Source of the DNA: Candidatus Thermosaccharophagus yellowstonensis
GTDB taxonomy: Bacteria > Armatimonadota > Fervidibacteria > Fervidibacterales > Thermosaccharophagaceae
Assembly: GCA_041537945.1 (NCBI GenBank)
Contig: JBGOEK010000009.1
Span: forward strand, 15,099 to 79,098
DNA length: 64,000 nt
Reading direction: 5' to 3'
Shown: positions 27,678-38,195 of the stretch, one piece after another
Layout: every line of letters begins with the position of its first letter
Position numbering within the stretch: the first letter of the stretch is position 1
Notes under the pieces: model-generated
Seen by the model: the letters and a program-made list of their open reading frames with translations, nothing else
Databases searched by the model: none
What the model was told of the DNA's origin: nothing
Program-made: the position numbers and the translations under genes

Positions 27678-29648
27678 ATGGGGGGCAAATTCTATGTAAC
27701 GACGCCCATCTATTATGTGAACGATGTGCCTCACATAGGCACAGCCTATTGCACGATCGCTGCCGACATAGTGGCACGCTATCACAGGTTGCTCGGAGAG
27801 GATGTCTTCTTCCTGACTGGCACGGATGAAAACGCGATAAAGGTTGCAAAGGCTGCCCAAGAGCAAGGTATGGATACACAGCAGTTCGTTGACGAGCTCG
27901 CAGAGCGTTTCCAGCAAGTCTGGCAAGCGTTCAAGATATCCTACGATGACTTCATCCGCACAACGCAAGAGAGACACAAAAGGGCTGTCAAGCGCTTCAT
28001 TGAACAAATCGTTGCGAATACACCTGACGCCATCTATGAGGGCTACTACGAAGGTTGGTATTGTGTCTTTGAGGAGACATTCTACCAAGAGGAAGAGCTA
28101 AAAGATGGGAAGTGCCCTGAGTGTGGAAGGGATGTCCAGTGGGTGCGTGAGCCTGCATTTTATTTCCGCTTGAGCGCTTTCGCCGAAAGGCTGTTGCGCT
28201 TCTATGAAGAGCATCCAGAGTTCCTTGTGCCCCAGTTCAGAGGCAAAGAGGTCATCTCGTTTGTCCGCGCAGGTCTTAAGGATGTGGCTATAACGAGGGT
28301 CTCAAGGTGGGGAATACCTTTCCCGATAAAGCACTCAAGCTCCGAGCAACCGATGGTCGTTTATGTTTGGTTTGATGCCCTCATAAACTACTTGAGTGGC
28401 ATAGGGTATGGTAGCGATGAAGGGGAGGATGTTGAGAAGTTCAACCGCTACTGGCCCGCTGATCTGCACCTTGTTGGCAAGGACATCTACACACGCTTCC
28501 ACTGCACGCTCTGGCCAGCGATGCTGATGGCTGCGTCACTGCCCTTGCCAAAATGCGTCTTCGGGCACGGCTTCTGGAACATTGAGGGCGAGAAGATGTC
28601 GAAGTCAAGAGGCAATGTCATAGAGCCAGTTAGCCTCGCAAACGAGATAGCGTCAAGGACTGGATGCGCATTTGATAGGGCTGTTGATGCGATCCGTTAC
28701 TTCCTCTTCCGAGAGGTTTCGTTCGGTCTTGATGGTGACTTCCAGCGCTCAAACCTCTACGCGAGGTTCGAAAGCGACTTAGCTAACGAGCTCGGCAACT
28801 TGGTTCAAAGGGTGCTGGTCATGGTTAGGCGATACTTGGGTGGCAGAGTGCCACCACTTAGGGACGCCTCTGGCGAACTGCGCTCGCTCATCGTGGAGAA
28901 GGAGAAGGACATAACGAAGGCTATGGATGAATACGAGTTTGCTCAAGCTCTATCGTTGATGTGGGAGGTGATACGCTCAGCCAACAAGTTCATTGAACGG
29001 AGAGCGCCGTGGAGGCTCTCAAAGGAAGGGAAGATGAGCGAGCTTGAAGATACCTTGAGGGAGCTTTTGGATGTGCTCTCATCGCTCTCCATAATGCTGT
29101 TGCCTTTCATGCCATCAACAGCTTTTGAGATCGCCCGTCAGCTTGGAGTTGGCGATGCTTTTAACAGTTGGCGTTGGCACCACATCACTTCTTTCGATAA
29201 GCTCCCCGAAGGGACGATGGTCGAAGAGCCTAAGGTGCTGTTCCCGAAGGGCGAAACAATCAAGGTGAGTTCACAAGCCATGTCAACTGCAAAGGAGACG
29301 GGTGGCGAAGGTCGTGGCAATGAGGGCTGGATAACGATTGAGGAGTTTGCGAAGATAGACTTGAGGGCAGTTAAGGTCTTGAAGGCGGAGCGTGTTGAAG
29401 GCACTGATAAGCTGATGCGCCTCGAGGTTGACATGGGCACTGAGAGGAGAACCGTCGTCGCTGGGATAGCGAAGGAGTTTAAGCCAGAGGAGTTGGTCGG
29501 CAAGATTTTGGTTTTGGTAGCTAACCTTGAGCCAGCGAGGATTCGTGGCATCGTCTCGCAAGGGATGATCTTGGCAGCGGGTGAGGAAAAACCTCTGGCG
29601 CTCGTTACGCTCGATAGGGATGTCCAGCCGGGAACGAAGATAAGGTGA
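27678..29648 (+). CDS. metG: Methionine--tRNA ligase with C-terminal tRNA-binding (Trbp111/EMAP-like) domain
   Basis: 'PIYYVNDVPHIGTAY', 'KMSKS', zinc knuckle 'CPECG', C-terminal 'DLRAVKVLKAERVEGTDKLMRLEVDMG'. ATG at 27678 after GAAGGTGA. Confidence 0.9.
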   Translation: MGGKFYVTTPIYYVNDVPHIGTAYCTIAADIVARYHRLLGEDVFFLTGTDENAIKVAKAAQEQGMDTQQFVDELAERFQQVWQAFKISYDDFIRTTQERHKRAVKRFIEQIVANTPDAIYEGYYEGWYCVFEETFYQEEELKDGKCPECGRDVQWVREPAFYFRLSAFAERLLRFYEEHPEFLVPQFRGKEVISFVRAGLKDVAITRVSRWGIPFPIKHSSSEQPMVVYVWFDALINYLSGIGYGSDEGEDVEKFNRYWPADLHLVGKDIYTRFHCTLWPAMLMAASLPLPKCVFGHGFWNIEGEKMSKSRGNVIEPVSLANEIASRTGCAFDRAVDAIRYFLFREVSFGLDGDFQRSNLYARFESDLANELGNLVQRVLVMVRRYLGGRVPPLRDASGELRSLIVEKEKDITKAMDEYEFAQALSLMWEVIRSANKFIERRAPWRLSKEGKMSELEDTLRELLDVLSSLSIMLLPFMPSTAFEIARQLGVGDAFNSWRWHHITSFDKLPEGTMVEEPKVLFPKGETIKVSSQAMSTAKETGGEGRGNEGWITIEEFAKIDLRAVKVLKAERVEGTDKLMRLEVDMGTERRTVVAGIAKEFKPEELVGKILVLVANLEPARIRGIVSQGMILAAGEEKPLALVTLDRDVQPGTKIR

Positions 29649-29657
29649 GAGTGCAAG

Positions 29658-31067
29658 ATGAGGTTCTTCCTCTACTGCGTCGCCATAGCGTGCGTGTGCG
29701 TCGCTGTGGCAGTTTTGCTCTCGCAATTGGTTTCGGTTGGTTTGCTCGCATCAACTTTGTGTGGCATCGGCGCTGGCTTCGTGATGGCTCTCTTGCTCAA
29801 CACCCTACTTTGGAGGTCGTTTCGGAAGAAGTTGAGATCGCTTGAAGACGACATTCTGAATTGCATCCGCAAAGGTGAGATGCCATCCCAAGACTACGAG
29901 AAGGATGAGCTATATGGCTTGTGCAAAAGAGTTTGCGAAGTGCTTTTCCAACTCAACTTTGAGAGGCAGAAGAGGGAGAACTCGGAGAGGAAGCTTGGGC
30001 AGTTCAAAGACATCTTGGTGCGGTTGCAGAGGGTGGGTGGCGACCTTGAGGTGCTTTTGCGACAGTTGAAGTGGATGGCTGGCGCAACTGGGTGCGCTGT
30101 CCTCTCATACGATCCTGAGGGCGATGTTTTTCGTGTGCGCTATGAAGAGGGTGCACACCACATCTCCAATGGCATTGAGAAGGGCATTGTGGGCGATTCC
30201 ATATGGAGGGTCTTCCTCAGCCGTTCGGAGCCGATGATAATCAGGCGTGGTCTTAGCGACAGGCTCTCAGCCCCACTGCTTTCAGCTCCGCTACCTTATG
30301 ACCTCATCCTTACACCAATACGCGTCGGCAACAGGTTCTATGGCATAGTTGCCCTCGCAAAAGATGACGGTAGCTTCTCGCACGACGAATATGAAGTTGC
30401 GGTTATGGGTGCTCAACTCCTCTCATTGGTGGTTCACACTTCCCAGCTACATGAGCGCCTCACAAGCGCCTTCATTGACACCGTAGCTGCTCTCGCCGAG
30501 GCGATCGACGCTAAAGATCCATACACAAGGCATCACTCGAAATGCGTGACGCAGTGGGCTGTCCTTTTCGGGCGTTGGCTCAATTTACAACCACAGCAGG
30601 TTGACAACCTCCATGTCGGTGGGTTGATGCATGACCTCGGTAAAATAGCCGTCCCAGATGAGGTCCTCAGGAAACCCCAAACACTTACACCTGAGGAGTT
30701 TGAGCTTATAAAGCTACACCCAGTTAAAGGTGCGGAGATACTCTCTCGTGTCTCATTGCCTTGGGATGTCATCCCGATCGTGTTGCACCACCACGAAAGG
30801 TGGGATGGCAAAGGCTATCCACACGGGCTTCGTGGCGAGGAGATACCGTTACTTGCGAGGCTCGTGGCGATTGTGGACGCGTTTGATGCGATGATCTCCG
30901 ATAGGGCATATCGGTCGGCGTTGCCGATTGATGAAGCGTTGAAAAGGGTTATCTCTGAGGCTGGCAAGCAGTTTGACCCTACGCTTGCCACTTCCTTCGT
31001 TCAGTTCGCCTCCCAGAATATGGATGTTTTCGTTGATAGGGCAGGGAGCTCAAATCCACGATCGTAG
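29658..31067 (+). CDS. Membrane-anchored GAF plus HD-GYP domain protein (putative c-di-GMP phosphodiesterase)
   Basis: 469 aa. Two N-terminal TM helices and a GAF-like middle region. HD-GYP motifs: 'HHSKCV', 'GGLMHDLGKIAVP', 'HHHERWDGKGYPHGLRGEEIP', 'DAFDAMISDRAYR'. Starts 9 nt after the metG stop. Confidence 0.8.
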   Translation: MRFFLYCVAIACVCVAVAVLLSQLVSVGLLASTLCGIGAGFVMALLLNTLLWRSFRKKLRSLEDDILNCIRKGEMPSQDYEKDELYGLCKRVCEVLFQLNFERQKRENSERKLGQFKDILVRLQRVGGDLEVLLRQLKWMAGATGCAVLSYDPEGDVFRVRYEEGAHHISNGIEKGIVGDSIWRVFLSRSEPMIIRRGLSDRLSAPLLSAPLPYDLILTPIRVGNRFYGIVALAKDDGSFSHDEYEVAVMGAQLLSLVVHTSQLHERLTSAFIDTVAALAEAIDAKDPYTRHHSKCVTQWAVLFGRWLNLQPQQVDNLHVGGLMHDLGKIAVPDEVLRKPQTLTPEEFELIKLHPVKGAEILSRVSLPWDVIPIVLHHHERWDGKGYPHGLRGEEIPLLARLVAIVDAFDAMISDRAYRSALPIDEALKRVISEAGKQFDPTLATSFVQFASQNMDVFVDRAGSSNPRS

Positions 31068-31138
31068 GTGGATGATGAAGTTCGCATCTAAGGGGTGCAT
31101 GCAACGGGCATTTAGAAGCCTATGAGGAGTTGAATTGT

Positions 31139-31387
31139 CTACGGGCGATAAAACCACGCTGTGAGAAAGGCAGTCACGATGAAGCCGATGAATATCCAAG
31201 TGATGAATCTCTCGATGAATGTTTCCATGCCGAACTTCGTTTGGAGTGCCGAAATGCGTCTTCCGCCGATTGTGCCCCAACCCATACTGCCACCGCCACC
31301 AGTCTCAGTTTCGGTTATGTAGAACAGCATCGCCAGAATGAGCGCTATGCCGAAGATGAAGTTGAGTGCACCAAAGAATGCTCCCAT
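31139..31387 (-). CDS. secG: Preprotein translocase subunit SecG (probable)
   Basis: 82 aa. Two TM helices flank a Gly-rich loop 'TGGGGSMGWGTIGGRR'. Overall layout and size match SecG. Confidence 0.55.
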   Translation of the reverse strand: MGAFFGALNFIFGIALILAMLFYITETETGGGGSMGWGTIGGRRISALQTKFGMETFIERFITWIFIGFIVTAFLTAWFYRP

Positions 31388-31497
31388 CTCATTAGCACCT
31401 CACCATCATGAGTTTTTGCTACTGCGTTTCAGCCTCAAACCAAATTATAGCGCTTGAGCGGGTGTGGCAACACTTGCAATTCCAAATTCGCCAAAGC

Positions 31498-32355
31498 CTA
31501 AACTGGGACGAGCTTTAGGGCGTTCTTGTAGGTGATCTTTTCGAAGGCTTCCTTTGGCAAGTCAAGTTGGCGTAACAGCTCAATGTGCTTGACGCCGAAG
31601 AAGTCGCGCCCAAAGAGAACCTTGTCTTGGAACTCAATCAGGAACTTGCGCGCATGTTCAATGTCTCTCGTTAGTGCGTTGTAGCCACTCGCTGCGGATA
31701 TGTCGGCATACAGGTTTGGATACTCAGCTAACAGCCTGATGAGCTTGCCACCGGGGACTACCTTCCCCTTCGGATAGACCTCGTTTGCTGAATCAGCATC
31801 CCCTGATATCTCTCGCCAGAAGCCAGGACCGTGCCCGATGAAATTCACATTCGGCAACATCTTCAGGACGCTCTCAACCGCATCAATATCGTAGCAATAC
31901 CAAGCCTGCCATTCCTTCATCGGCTTCCCCCTTGGCAGTGGCACATCAATGTGGAAGAGCACAGGCAGTGACAGCTCGCCACACAGGTTGAAAATGGCAA
32001 CAGCGTCTGGGTCATCAAAGCGAACCCTGAATTTGAACTCCCCGCAACCCCTTATGCCGAACATCTCAACAGCTTGACGAAGCTGGCTTAGGGCGTTCCT
32101 CTTCTTCGGGTGAGGCGCGTAGAATGGGATGATGCGCTCTGGGTAAAGCCTTGAAGCTTCCACCACATCAGCAAGTGGCATGCCATGACTGTGCGGTGAA
32201 AAAATGACACGGGCATCGGCGTCGGTCATCTCTTCCTTATCGCATTCCCATGTCAGAAGCCAGCACATGTCAATACCGACTTCGTCCATGTCCGCAATGA
32301 GCTTCCTGACATCGTGTCCGAGCCAGTTCACATGCTGGTGCGCATCAATGAGCAT
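31498..32355 (-). CDS. Metal-dependent amidohydrolase-fold (TIM barrel) hydrolase
   Basis: 285 aa. The N-terminal 'MLIDAHQHV' His-x-His metal motif and later 'FHIDVP' and 'GHGPG' are consistent with the amidohydrolase_2 family. Substrate unknown. Confidence 0.65.
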   Translation of the reverse strand: MLIDAHQHVNWLGHDVRKLIADMDEVGIDMCWLLTWECDKEEMTDADARVIFSPHSHGMPLADVVEASRLYPERIIPFYAPHPKKRNALSQLRQAVEMFGIRGCGEFKFRVRFDDPDAVAIFNLCGELSLPVLFHIDVPLPRGKPMKEWQAWYCYDIDAVESVLKMLPNVNFIGHGPGFWREISGDADSANEVYPKGKVVPGGKLIRLLAEYPNLYADISAASGYNALTRDIEHARKFLIEFQDKVLFGRDFFGVKHIELLRQLDLPKEAFEKITYKNALKLVPV

Positions 32356-32397
32356 TTGCTCACCGCCTCCGCATGACTAAAACCTCTCCTTCCACCT

Positions 32398-35307
32398 TCA
32401 CACATTCACATTTTGATTTTTGACGATGTCTGCGATGGCGGTCCTAAGCTCATGCATTCTCGGTGGCTTCGCAACAAAGCCATCGGCATCCTTCGGTATG
32501 GATTCCCTTCCCCAACCACTCAAAACGATGACAGGCGTAGTCGGCGAGAGTTCTTTCACCTTCCTCAGGACATCAATCCCACTCACCTTCGGCATGCCGA
32601 GATCGGTTATGACGAGCCTGTAGCTCTCGCCACGCGAGTGTGCATCCATGAACTTCTCGAGCCCGCGTTCACCGCTATCTGCAGTGTCTACCTCATGACC
32701 CATCATGGTGAGCATGTCTTTAACGGTTGAGAGAACCCTTACATCGTCGTCGATGAGGAGGATCTTGAGCGGGGGTATTTCACCCAACAGCTCCTTTACT
32801 TTCACTGGCTCTTTGATTGTGCGCATCGGGAACAGTAGCCTGACTTTTGTTCCGACACCAAGCTCGCTCTCAATCTCAACTAACCCTTCATGCCTCTGCA
32901 TTATGCCGTAGACCATAGGCAAGCCGAGCCCTGTGCCCCTGTCGGCTTTCGTTGTGAAGAACGGTTCGAGCGCCCTCTCTTTCGTTTCCTCATCCATACC
33001 GATGCCATCGTCTTCAACTTCAACGAAAGCCCATCCATCCTTTGTGCCCGTCCTCAAGGTGATCACTCCGTGACCATTTCCCTTTGCTATGATGGCGTCA
33101 ACTGCGTTTAGAATCAGGTTCACGACAGCCTCCCTGACTTCGCTTCCGACGCCAGCTATCGGCGGGAGCGATTCATCAAACTCAAACTTGAATTCAATCG
33201 TTGTCCCTTCGCGCTGTGCCATGTCATACCAGCGTGGCTTCGTCATATCCACAGCCTGTAGTAGCGCATCTTTCAAGTCAACTGGCTCAATCTCCTCTTC
33301 GGGCGAACGCCTCTTATAGAACGCCCTCAGCCTCTCAACTACCTTTGAGAGGTCCTGCACTGCCTTGTATATGGCGGTCGCATACTTTTTCTCCTCCTCG
33401 CCAGTGAGCATCTCGCAGAGCAACTCCGCATAGCCCAATATCGGCACGAGCACATTGTTGATGTCATGTGCGATGCCACTCGCCATCTGCCCGAGCGTCC
33501 TTATCTTCTCTTGCTGTATCAGTTCCCTCTGCATCATTTGTAGCTCCTCGTATGCCTGCTTCAACTCCGCAAGCAACCTCGCTATCTGCATCCCTGCGGA
33601 AACATAATGGGCAAACAGGTCAGCAAGGTTTCTCTTGAAGCTTGAGATGCCATTTGGTTCATCTGCTATGAGCACTATCACGCCGAACAGCTTCTCACCG
33701 AAAGCCATAGGCACTGCGTATGCGCTCCTTATTGGCTGTTCAGCATCCACAGCAAACGGTTTCCATAGTGGCTCAAGGGAGCAATCTGGCACATATATTG
33801 CTCTCCTTTCAGATGCACAAATTCCGACGATGCCCTCGCCATACTTGATCACGCCCTCTTCTTTCACAGCATTAAGCCTGTAACTTGGAAACCCTATTGA
33901 CGCTTCGAGGCGGAGCACCGATTCCTTTTCGTCATAGGCGTAAAAGTCCGCACGCTCAACATCAAGTGATTCCCTCAACCACTTCAGCACTTCGCCAGCA
34001 AGCAGAGTTGGCGCGGTCATCGCCACATCAAGTTGCGCCTCCATGAAGCTTTGTAGGGCTTTGGCGTGCTCAACAGCCTCACTGAACGCAACGATGTTAT
34101 CAAACCCGATGCTTATTTGCCTTCCAACTACAATGGCAAACTCAATCTCCTCTGGCGGTTTGACTGGCTCAGGATAGAAGATATGGAATACGCCCACGAT
34201 GCCCCTGCGCACTTTTATCGGAACTCCAACATACGAGTTAAGCTCACACCTGTGCGTGCATTTGACGCTCACACGACCATCGCTCGCAAGGTGATCAATG
34301 ACGACAACTTTACCGCTGTTGAGCATCTTCTCTTTCAAGCCCTCGTCAAGCTCAATTAACTCCTCCTTGACCTTCCTGCCGTCCGCAAGCTTCATCGTGA
34401 AAAGCTCACATCGTCTTTTGGCTTCGTCGTATAACGCTATAGCCACCGCCTCAGCTCCCATCGGCTCCAAGCATATGTCCACAATCTTGTCCATTGACTC
34501 CTCGAGACTAAAGTATGAGAGCAACACCGTGTCAATCTCCCTCAACAACTGCAACCTCTTGATGAACCTTTGAGTTTCTCTTTCCTTCTCCAATAGGAGT
34601 GTGATGTCGTGGAAGGACAGAGCAACGGCTAATATGTTGCCTGCGATATCCCTGATGGGCGCACCATAGATCAGGCACGGTATAAGGCTACCGTCACTGC
34701 GCTTAAGATGCAACCGCTCAATTTGCAGTCCCTCGCCACGAACAAGCTTCTCCAACTTCTCCGTGAACATTCCCATATCCTCTGGGAGCACAAAGTCGGT
34801 TACCTTCACCCTGTGAAGTTGCTCCATGCTATAGCCGAGCATCTTGCATAACGATTCATTGGCGAAGAAGATTTCTCCGTCAAGGCTGATGACAGCAACA
34901 CCATCTGGCAACAACTCTGTAGCAGGGTGCCAGAGGTCTCTCAACGGGTAGGTGAGTGAAACCACTGCTACGACATCCTCACCAACTCTGATTGGCATGT
35001 TGTGCCAAACGCAAATTATCTCCTTGCCTTCTTTCGTTACATTTGCATTGATGCTGTGGCGCATCTCACCACTCATGAGCGCTGACCAAACGGCTTCAAC
35101 ATGCTCGCGTGCGTGTGCTGGCACAAGCGTCGTCCAATGCTTCCCTACGATCTCATCTTCATTCCAGCCGAAGAGTGATTCGGCGCTTTTGTTCCAGTGC
35201 CTGATGATGCCCTTGGAGTCAAATGTAATCCCTGCTACGGGCAGGAACTTGAAAATGTCATCCACCTTGAGCCAACTGAGCCAGTGCTTTTCACCTGAGG
35301 CTCGCAT
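32398..35307 (-). CDS. Hybrid sensor histidine kinase (PAS-PAS-GAF-GAF-HisKA-HATPase-REC)
   Basis: 969 aa. PAS-like 'GIIRHWNKSAESLFGWNEDEIVGKHW'. H-box 'GIAHDINNVLVPILGYAELL'. ATPase 'GTGLGLPMVYGIMQRHEG'. Receiver 'ILLIDDD...VITDLGMPKVSG'. Confidence 0.85.
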   Translation of the reverse strand: MRASGEKHWLSWLKVDDIFKFLPVAGITFDSKGIIRHWNKSAESLFGWNEDEIVGKHWTTLVPAHAREHVEAVWSALMSGEMRHSINANVTKEGKEIICVWHNMPIRVGEDVVAVVSLTYPLRDLWHPATELLPDGVAVISLDGEIFFANESLCKMLGYSMEQLHRVKVTDFVLPEDMGMFTEKLEKLVRGEGLQIERLHLKRSDGSLIPCLIYGAPIRDIAGNILAVALSFHDITLLLEKERETQRFIKRLQLLREIDTVLLSYFSLEESMDKIVDICLEPMGAEAVAIALYDEAKRRCELFTMKLADGRKVKEELIELDEGLKEKMLNSGKVVVIDHLASDGRVSVKCTHRCELNSYVGVPIKVRRGIVGVFHIFYPEPVKPPEEIEFAIVVGRQISIGFDNIVAFSEAVEHAKALQSFMEAQLDVAMTAPTLLAGEVLKWLRESLDVERADFYAYDEKESVLRLEASIGFPSYRLNAVKEEGVIKYGEGIVGICASERRAIYVPDCSLEPLWKPFAVDAEQPIRSAYAVPMAFGEKLFGVIVLIADEPNGISSFKRNLADLFAHYVSAGMQIARLLAELKQAYEELQMMQRELIQQEKIRTLGQMASGIAHDINNVLVPILGYAELLCEMLTGEEEKKYATAIYKAVQDLSKVVERLRAFYKRRSPEEEIEPVDLKDALLQAVDMTKPRWYDMAQREGTTIEFKFEFDESLPPIAGVGSEVREAVVNLILNAVDAIIAKGNGHGVITLRTGTKDGWAFVEVEDDGIGMDEETKERALEPFFTTKADRGTGLGLPMVYGIMQRHEGLVEIESELGVGTKVRLLFPMRTIKEPVKVKELLGEIPPLKILLIDDDVRVLSTVKDMLTMMGHEVDTADSGERGLEKFMDAHSRGESYRLVITDLGMPKVSGIDVLRKVKELSPTTPVIVLSGWGRESIPKDADGFVAKPPRMHELRTAIADIVKNQNVNV

Positions 35308-35402
35308 TCGCTTTCACCTCCGCAAGACATTATACCTTGAAGCGAAAAAAAAGTAAGTGATGCATCACCGTGGGAAGCTATTGCGTGTGCGTTGATTTAG
35401 CC

Positions 35403-36809
35403 TTATGGCAGTGTTTTTACAGCGTGGTGGTAGATGGGCTTGTAGAGTGGGTCTCTTGTTGGGCATCCCACTGGGAACTGGCATAGTTCATTATGCTTGA
35501 ACCTCATCAAAGCTGTGCAATGGCTATCTGCGAGGCAAGTTTTGTTTTCATCCACAGTGCCGAATTTGATCATGTCATATGCGAAGTCAGGATATGCTAA
35601 AGCCATTCTTCCGAGTCCGACGAGCTTGCAGTATCCGTTTGCGATCATCCCGACAGCCGCGTGTGCCCAAAACTGTCTCAGCCAGCTCAACCCTGTTGCC
35701 ACAACTGGCACATCCTTAACTGCTGTCTGTATTTCCCTTGCGCCCCTCAGGAAGCGTGCGACGCCAACGAGCGGGTGTTCGGGCGTCTCATAGCCGTCAA
35801 TCGGCGGGCGCTCAAACGGTCTTCCGATGTGCGGGTTAGTGTAAGGGTTGCCCATCGTCACATTGATGATGCGGACACCAAGCGAGCTTAACAGCTCAGC
35901 GAGCTTGATTGGCTCGCTCATGTCAATGCTCATCGGGTCATCCTCTGCACAGCCGAAGCCGTAGATGTATGGCAACGGGTATTGAGATGGCTTTCCAACC
36001 CCAGTTGACTTATCAAGCTCAAATGGGACACCATCATAAACGCTCATCCTCGTAGCAATCAATATGCGCTCGCCAAGCTCGCTCTTTATTTTCCCGATTG
36101 TGTTGCGTATGAACCTCGTGCGATTCTCAAAGCTACCACCATACTTCCCTTGACGGCTTTTTGCAGAGAGCAGTTCGCAGAGCAAGTAGCCATGACATTG
36201 CTTTATGTCAATGAAGTCAAAGCCAACCTTCATCGCCAGCTTCGCAGCCTTCACAAATTCGTCCTCAAGCCTCTCAAGGTAGTCATCCGTGCATACTGGG
36301 TAGTCATCGCTTATGCCAGCCCTCGCATCAAGTATCGGGTGGTGGAAAGCGATTATCGGCTTCATGAAGCTGTATCGCCCAGAGTGTGTTAGCTGTATTC
36401 CGCAGAGCAATCCGTCATCGCTTCCGTAGACGGCTTTGTGCGCTCTCCTCGCCAAGTTGACCAAAACCTCAAAGTGCTTTGCATTCGCCTCACAAAGCAG
36501 TAGCTGTCTTTTGTTTGCCCTTCCCTCTGGGACAACTGCGGTTGCTTCAAACCAGATGATGCCAGCACCGCCACTGCCAAACCGCTCATAGCGACGGTAT
36601 GTGAGCAAGTCTGGCTTGCCATCGTGAGTCCCATCACAACCCTCCATCGGATGAATCACAAGAGCGTTCTTGACCTCCCTCCCAGCTACTTTCACTGGGT
36701 GAAGCAGGGCTTCAAAGTTTTCCGAGAGCTTTATATCCTCGCTCAGCCCGAGCCTCTCAATATCTTCAGCCAGATCCTCAACAGTGCGGTATTTGAAGAA
36801 GCGCTTCAT
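35403..36809 (-). CDS. Old-yellow-enzyme family NADH:flavin oxidoreductase with Cys-rich C-terminal extension
   Basis: 468 aa. 'HPMEGCDG', 'IQLTHSGRY', 'FDFIDIKQCHGYLLCELLS', 'GGSFENRTRF'. The C-terminus carries several Cys ('CLADSHCTALMRFKHNELCQFPVGC'). Confidence 0.75.
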   Translation of the reverse strand: MKRFFKYRTVEDLAEDIERLGLSEDIKLSENFEALLHPVKVAGREVKNALVIHPMEGCDGTHDGKPDLLTYRRYERFGSGGAGIIWFEATAVVPEGRANKRQLLLCEANAKHFEVLVNLARRAHKAVYGSDDGLLCGIQLTHSGRYSFMKPIIAFHHPILDARAGISDDYPVCTDDYLERLEDEFVKAAKLAMKVGFDFIDIKQCHGYLLCELLSAKSRQGKYGGSFENRTRFIRNTIGKIKSELGERILIATRMSVYDGVPFELDKSTGVGKPSQYPLPYIYGFGCAEDDPMSIDMSEPIKLAELLSSLGVRIINVTMGNPYTNPHIGRPFERPPIDGYETPEHPLVGVARFLRGAREIQTAVKDVPVVATGLSWLRQFWAHAAVGMIANGYCKLVGLGRMALAYPDFAYDMIKFGTVDENKTCLADSHCTALMRFKHNELCQFPVGCPTRDPLYKPIYHHAVKTLP

Positions 36810-36869
36810 CGCAAGCCTTCACCTTTTCGTCCTGTTGCGCCTGCCTTTGTGGTTCACCAGTCGCCTCTG

Positions 36870-38195
36870 CTATGGCTTGCTTTCGTCGAGGAGTCTTTCT
36901 GGAATGATGTCGTTTCGTATGAGGTCTTCACGCTTCTCCCTCGCTATGATCAAATCCGCTTTCCCGTCGTTGACGAGGACGACCGCAGGTTTTGTGAAGC
37001 GGTTGTAGTTGCTCGCCATCGCGTAGTGATATGCGCCAGTGCACAGGACTGCCAGTATGTCGCCTTTCTCTGGCTTAGCTATCTTTATGTCCTTGATCAG
37101 CACATCGGCTTCGCAATGTCTTCCAACGATTGTGCAAAGGAAGTCTGGCTCTCTATCAGCCTTGTTTGCAACGATCGCCCTGTAGCGAGCACCGTAGAGT
37201 GCAGGGCGAGGGTTGTCTGACATACCGCCATCAACGGAGACATAAGTGCGCACCCCCGGTATCTCCTTTATGACGCCGATCCTGTAAAGTGTTGTTCCAG
37301 CCTCTCCTATTATCGACCTGCCCGGCTCAACGATGAGTGTTGGCAGTTGGAGCGAGCGCTTGGCGCATTCTTCCATCGTCGTTTCGGATATCGCTTTGAT
37401 GAACTCCTCAATTGATGGTGGGTCATCTGCATCGGTGTAGCGTATTCCGAGCCCTCCACCTACATTCAATTCCCTCGTTACGAAGCCGAGCTCCTCTTTG
37501 ACCTGCGCCATGAACTCAATCATCAACTCAATCGTGATCCTGTAAGGCTCGACCTCGAAGACTTGCGAACCTATGTGGCAATGGAAGCCCAACAACTCCA
37601 AGCCGTCCATGGTTAGCGCTAATTTAGTTGCCTCAAACGCCTGTGCGCCTGCAAGTTGTATGCCGAACTTTGTGTCAACTTGACCTGTGCGAATGTATTC
37701 GTGCGTATGTGCTTCAACGCCCGGTGTGATGCGAAGAAGTATCCTCGCCTTCTTCCCGATGGATTTAGCTATGGAGTTGAGGCTGTATAGCTCATCGAAG
37801 CTATCGACGACGATGCAGTGGACATCAACATCGAGTGAGTAACGCAACTCCTCATCCGTTTTGTAGTTGCCATGAAAGTAGATGCGGTTGCTCGGGAAGT
37901 TTGCAGCCATCGCTGTGAACAACTCGCCCTCCGATGACACATCCATCCAAAGCCCCTCTTGTTGGGCGAGCTTGCACATGGCGGTTGATATGAAAGCCTT
38001 CGCTGCGTATGCCACACGGGCTTCACCACGATAGTGCTCCTCAAAAGCCCGTTTGTATCTCCTGCAGTTCTCTCTGACGAGTTTCTCGTCTATGACGAAG
38101 AGTGGCGTGCCAAACATCTTAGCCAGCTCAACCGCATCGCACCCTCCGATCTCAAGGTGACCAAGCGAGTTTATCCTTTGTGTCCCGACAAGCAT
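36870..38195 (-). CDS. lysA: Diaminopimelate decarboxylase
   Basis: 'GTPLFVIDE', 'YAAKAF', 'EPGRSIIGEAG', 'GRHCEADVL'. ATG at 38195 lies 7 nt after GGAGGGTGA. The TTG at 38213 used by the track sits inside that SD-like sequence. Confidence 0.9.
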   Translation of the reverse strand: MLVGTQRINSLGHLEIGGCDAVELAKMFGTPLFVIDEKLVRENCRRYKRAFEEHYRGEARVAYAAKAFISTAMCKLAQQEGLWMDVSSEGELFTAMAANFPSNRIYFHGNYKTDEELRYSLDVDVHCIVVDSFDELYSLNSIAKSIGKKARILLRITPGVEAHTHEYIRTGQVDTKFGIQLAGAQAFEATKLALTMDGLELLGFHCHIGSQVFEVEPYRITIELMIEFMAQVKEELGFVTRELNVGGGLGIRYTDADDPPSIEEFIKAISETTMEECAKRSLQLPTLIVEPGRSIIGEAGTTLYRIGVIKEIPGVRTYVSVDGGMSDNPRPALYGARYRAIVANKADREPDFLCTIVGRHCEADVLIKDIKIAKPEKGDILAVLCTGAYHYAMASNYNRFTKPAVVLVNDGKADLIIAREKREDLIRNDIIPERLLDESKP

